DNA of 64,000 nucleotides from NCBI GenBank assembly GCA_965287045.1, contig OZ336881.1, positions 22,444,001-22,508,000 on the forward strand, read 5' to 3'. The position numbers and the translations under genes were made by a program. Under the pieces are notes generated by a model. The model saw only the letters and a list, made by a program, of their open reading frames with translations. It was not told the origin of the DNA and ran no database searches. Numbering within the stretch: the stretch's first letter is position 1; every line of letters begins with the position of its first letter. The stretch is from Carcharhinus amblyrhynchos. Its lineage: Eukaryota. This document shows positions 61,612 to 64,000 of the stretch, one piece after another.

Positions 61612-64000
61612 AGAATTAAACAAAGCAGTAATTCAAGGCAAAGAAGGTACTGAGATTACGTGCCAGAATAAGATTGTTCACACTAATAGAAAGCACAAGA
61701 ACCAATCATAAAATGGTCATTGATAAAGATGCCAAATAGAAAAACTGGAAAGAGAAGAAACTTTAGCACACGATCTACGCACCAGAAACAGAGTATCACG
61801 ACTATTTCCTTCACAAGTTACAGGCCGGGATTGTGAATGAACTTTCAAGACCTAAGACTGTGTTGATCTGTGATGATGGTATTTGCATGCATTGGAGAGC
61901 AAGGTATTTGACAGAGAAAACGATCAATGGAGAATTGGAGATTTGTACCACCTGCAGAATAAAGTACATCATGCTTGGTCAACGCACGGTCTAGGACCGA
62001 ACTGAGAAAGCAGCAAGCAAGGATATGGTGCCTGTCTCTTTAAGATAATACGGAAGTGGATCACCTGACTTGAAGGACCAATGGGAACTGAGGGAGAGTG
62101 ACCACTCCAGAGGATGGAGTCTGCTCTCGGGCAGAATCATCTAGCAGCCCATGTAGTTAATAAGATTGGAGCACAACTCCAAGCGAGTCTAGAGCTCCAT
62201 TCCTACACCTAATTTCTCTCAGGGAATACCTTTTGTTCCTAACAAAGTCCAAAATCTCTTTATAATGCCAGAGTGTGCCATGACATAACATGAGACAACA
62301 CCCAAGCTCAATTCCATCTTCATTTCATGTCCATACGAACGCAGAGTCTAAGGTTTTACTCAAAGACCAGAAATGCTGAAGTGTCCTCTCCTTCACTGCC
62401 ACCGGTCTGAAACCAGCTATAATAACAGATACCAGGGATCAAATTTGGGACCACATAGTGCAACCACCCACAAAATCATTCAAGGAGCTGACACATCAGT
62501 TTGATTTATTCATAGAAACTTCTAGTGTGCAAACCAATATTCCTGTACTTCAGTGATTATCCAAATAATGCAATTTGACAAAGCAAAGTTCCCCCTAGAT
62601 AAACCCTAATAAATGTATATTGGTGCCAGGAAAGAATAGTAGTGAAAGAGTTTTGTGTTACTTATACCTCAATAAAGCTAATGATTCACTGATGCATTTA
62701 GACAGAATCTGCATCATAGCATTGCAGTGTTTGGCAGAAGAAATATGGATTGCTAAATACTACTTGCATGAAGGCCAGATTTCTTTAAAATACCATTGAG
62801 AGATTAATGTACAATTAGACAGTTTATGAATATTTGTTCAAAGCAGACAAAGCCTTGAAGGCAGCCTATTTTAACGCTGTGATGAATGCCTATATTGACA
62901 GTCAACTAAGGGAAAAAACTTTAATTCCACTTAAATTCTATTTCTAAATTCTATCCTCATTTAAAATTGACATCATACCCAATAGTGATAATTTTCAGAA
63001 TACATTACTTTGGTCTTGATTTTAAGATATTATAACATGTCCATGTCCAAGGCAGAGAAAAAAAGTGTCCTACTCACACCAAGCTCCTTGTTGCACACAT
63101 AACCGTTAAGAGTTTCCAGTTGTATCATTCGTTTTGATTAATAAATGTCCTAGTTTACAGGAGATTGGAACTTGAAGTGGGAGAAGTATCCCAAGATATA
63201 ATTGTAAGTAGTTTAAAGAGGGTGTTTGAAAGTGGGGGGAAAGTGGTGGTAAAGAAGATTGATGACAAAAGTTCCTGAGTGCAAGGGCAGAGAAGCTTGG
63301 GCATTCAAGTTGACAGGGGAAGTTGGAAGAAACATGATGGACCAATTCAGAAGAGACTGGTGTATACACCAGTACATATCGTTAGCAAAAATTGTGTATA
63401 TCTAGCCAGTTAATATAGTACCAATTTTACCTCTTCACTCAAATTTTTTTTCAGTTTATCATAGCATCCCATGCCTCAATTAGTACTGAAATTCACCATT
63501 GTAATCCATGTCAAATTGATGTTACCTCAGGAAATTCAATTTGGAATTTGATTTGGCATTCGTGGTGGTAGAACTAGTTTTCCTTGCATTTTTTTCTCCT
63601 TCAGTGTTTGCTGACTACTGTTCTGCCTCAACCAAGGATCATGTTCTTCGAGAGAGTCCAGAAAGCAAGTGTTAACAAATTATTTGACTGTATTGGGCAA
63701 TATGAACAATTCCAATCCTGTCTTTGACCAATGCCCATGCACACATCAACTTTCCAACAACAATTATTGTATGAGTGGAAACACAAGTTCATTTTGTGCT
63801 CCAGTGGTACTGTTTACCGCAGCGAACCACACATTCTTAAATTTAAAGCCAAGAAAATCATCTAGTCTTAACAGGATCAGCAACAGTAACCGGAAACCTT
63901 ACATAGCAAAGCCTGGGTCTAAGACTGAATACTTATCTGCTTGGCCATGGGAAGAAAGAGACCAAAGAGTCAAACTGCACAAAAGTCAATTCCGAATTGT

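Noticed and set aside
60430-62200. Gag- or ORF1-like purine-rich relic
   Set aside because: Only vague Cys-knuckle and coiled-coil hints; too degraded to classify.
62678-63935. Further possible exons (minus: about 62678-62760, 63078-63148, 63902-63935; plus: acceptor at 63604)
   Set aside because: Splice signals are only partly convincing and give no consistent, recognisable frame.

Overview
Eukaryotic, repeat-dominated DNA. The HE1-type SINEs, CR1 LINEs and Penelope-like elements (PLEs) point to an elasmobranch (shark) genome. Most ORF-track entries are retroelement debris. The main components are many CR1 LINE copies (one near full-length at about 44.9-48.7 kb, with esterase ORF1 and endonuclease-RT ORF2), tRNA-derived SINEs, RTE, Rex/Babar and Tx1-like relics, two LTR-like inserts and an old hAT/Charlie transposase relic. 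Several PLE insertions carry minimal hammerhead ribozyme motifs. The most unusual object is a 525-bp TSD-flanked insertion at 59.8-60.3 kb built from four copies of the 41-nt PLE tail, interleaved with a repeated module and an inverted copy of flanking DNA; it looks CRISPR-like but is not CRISPR. Host genes are visible only as unidentified candidate exons: a + strand 3' end at about 1.5-5.8 kb, and a - strand transcript ending near 38.1 kb. Repeat boundaries are approximate and were read by eye.
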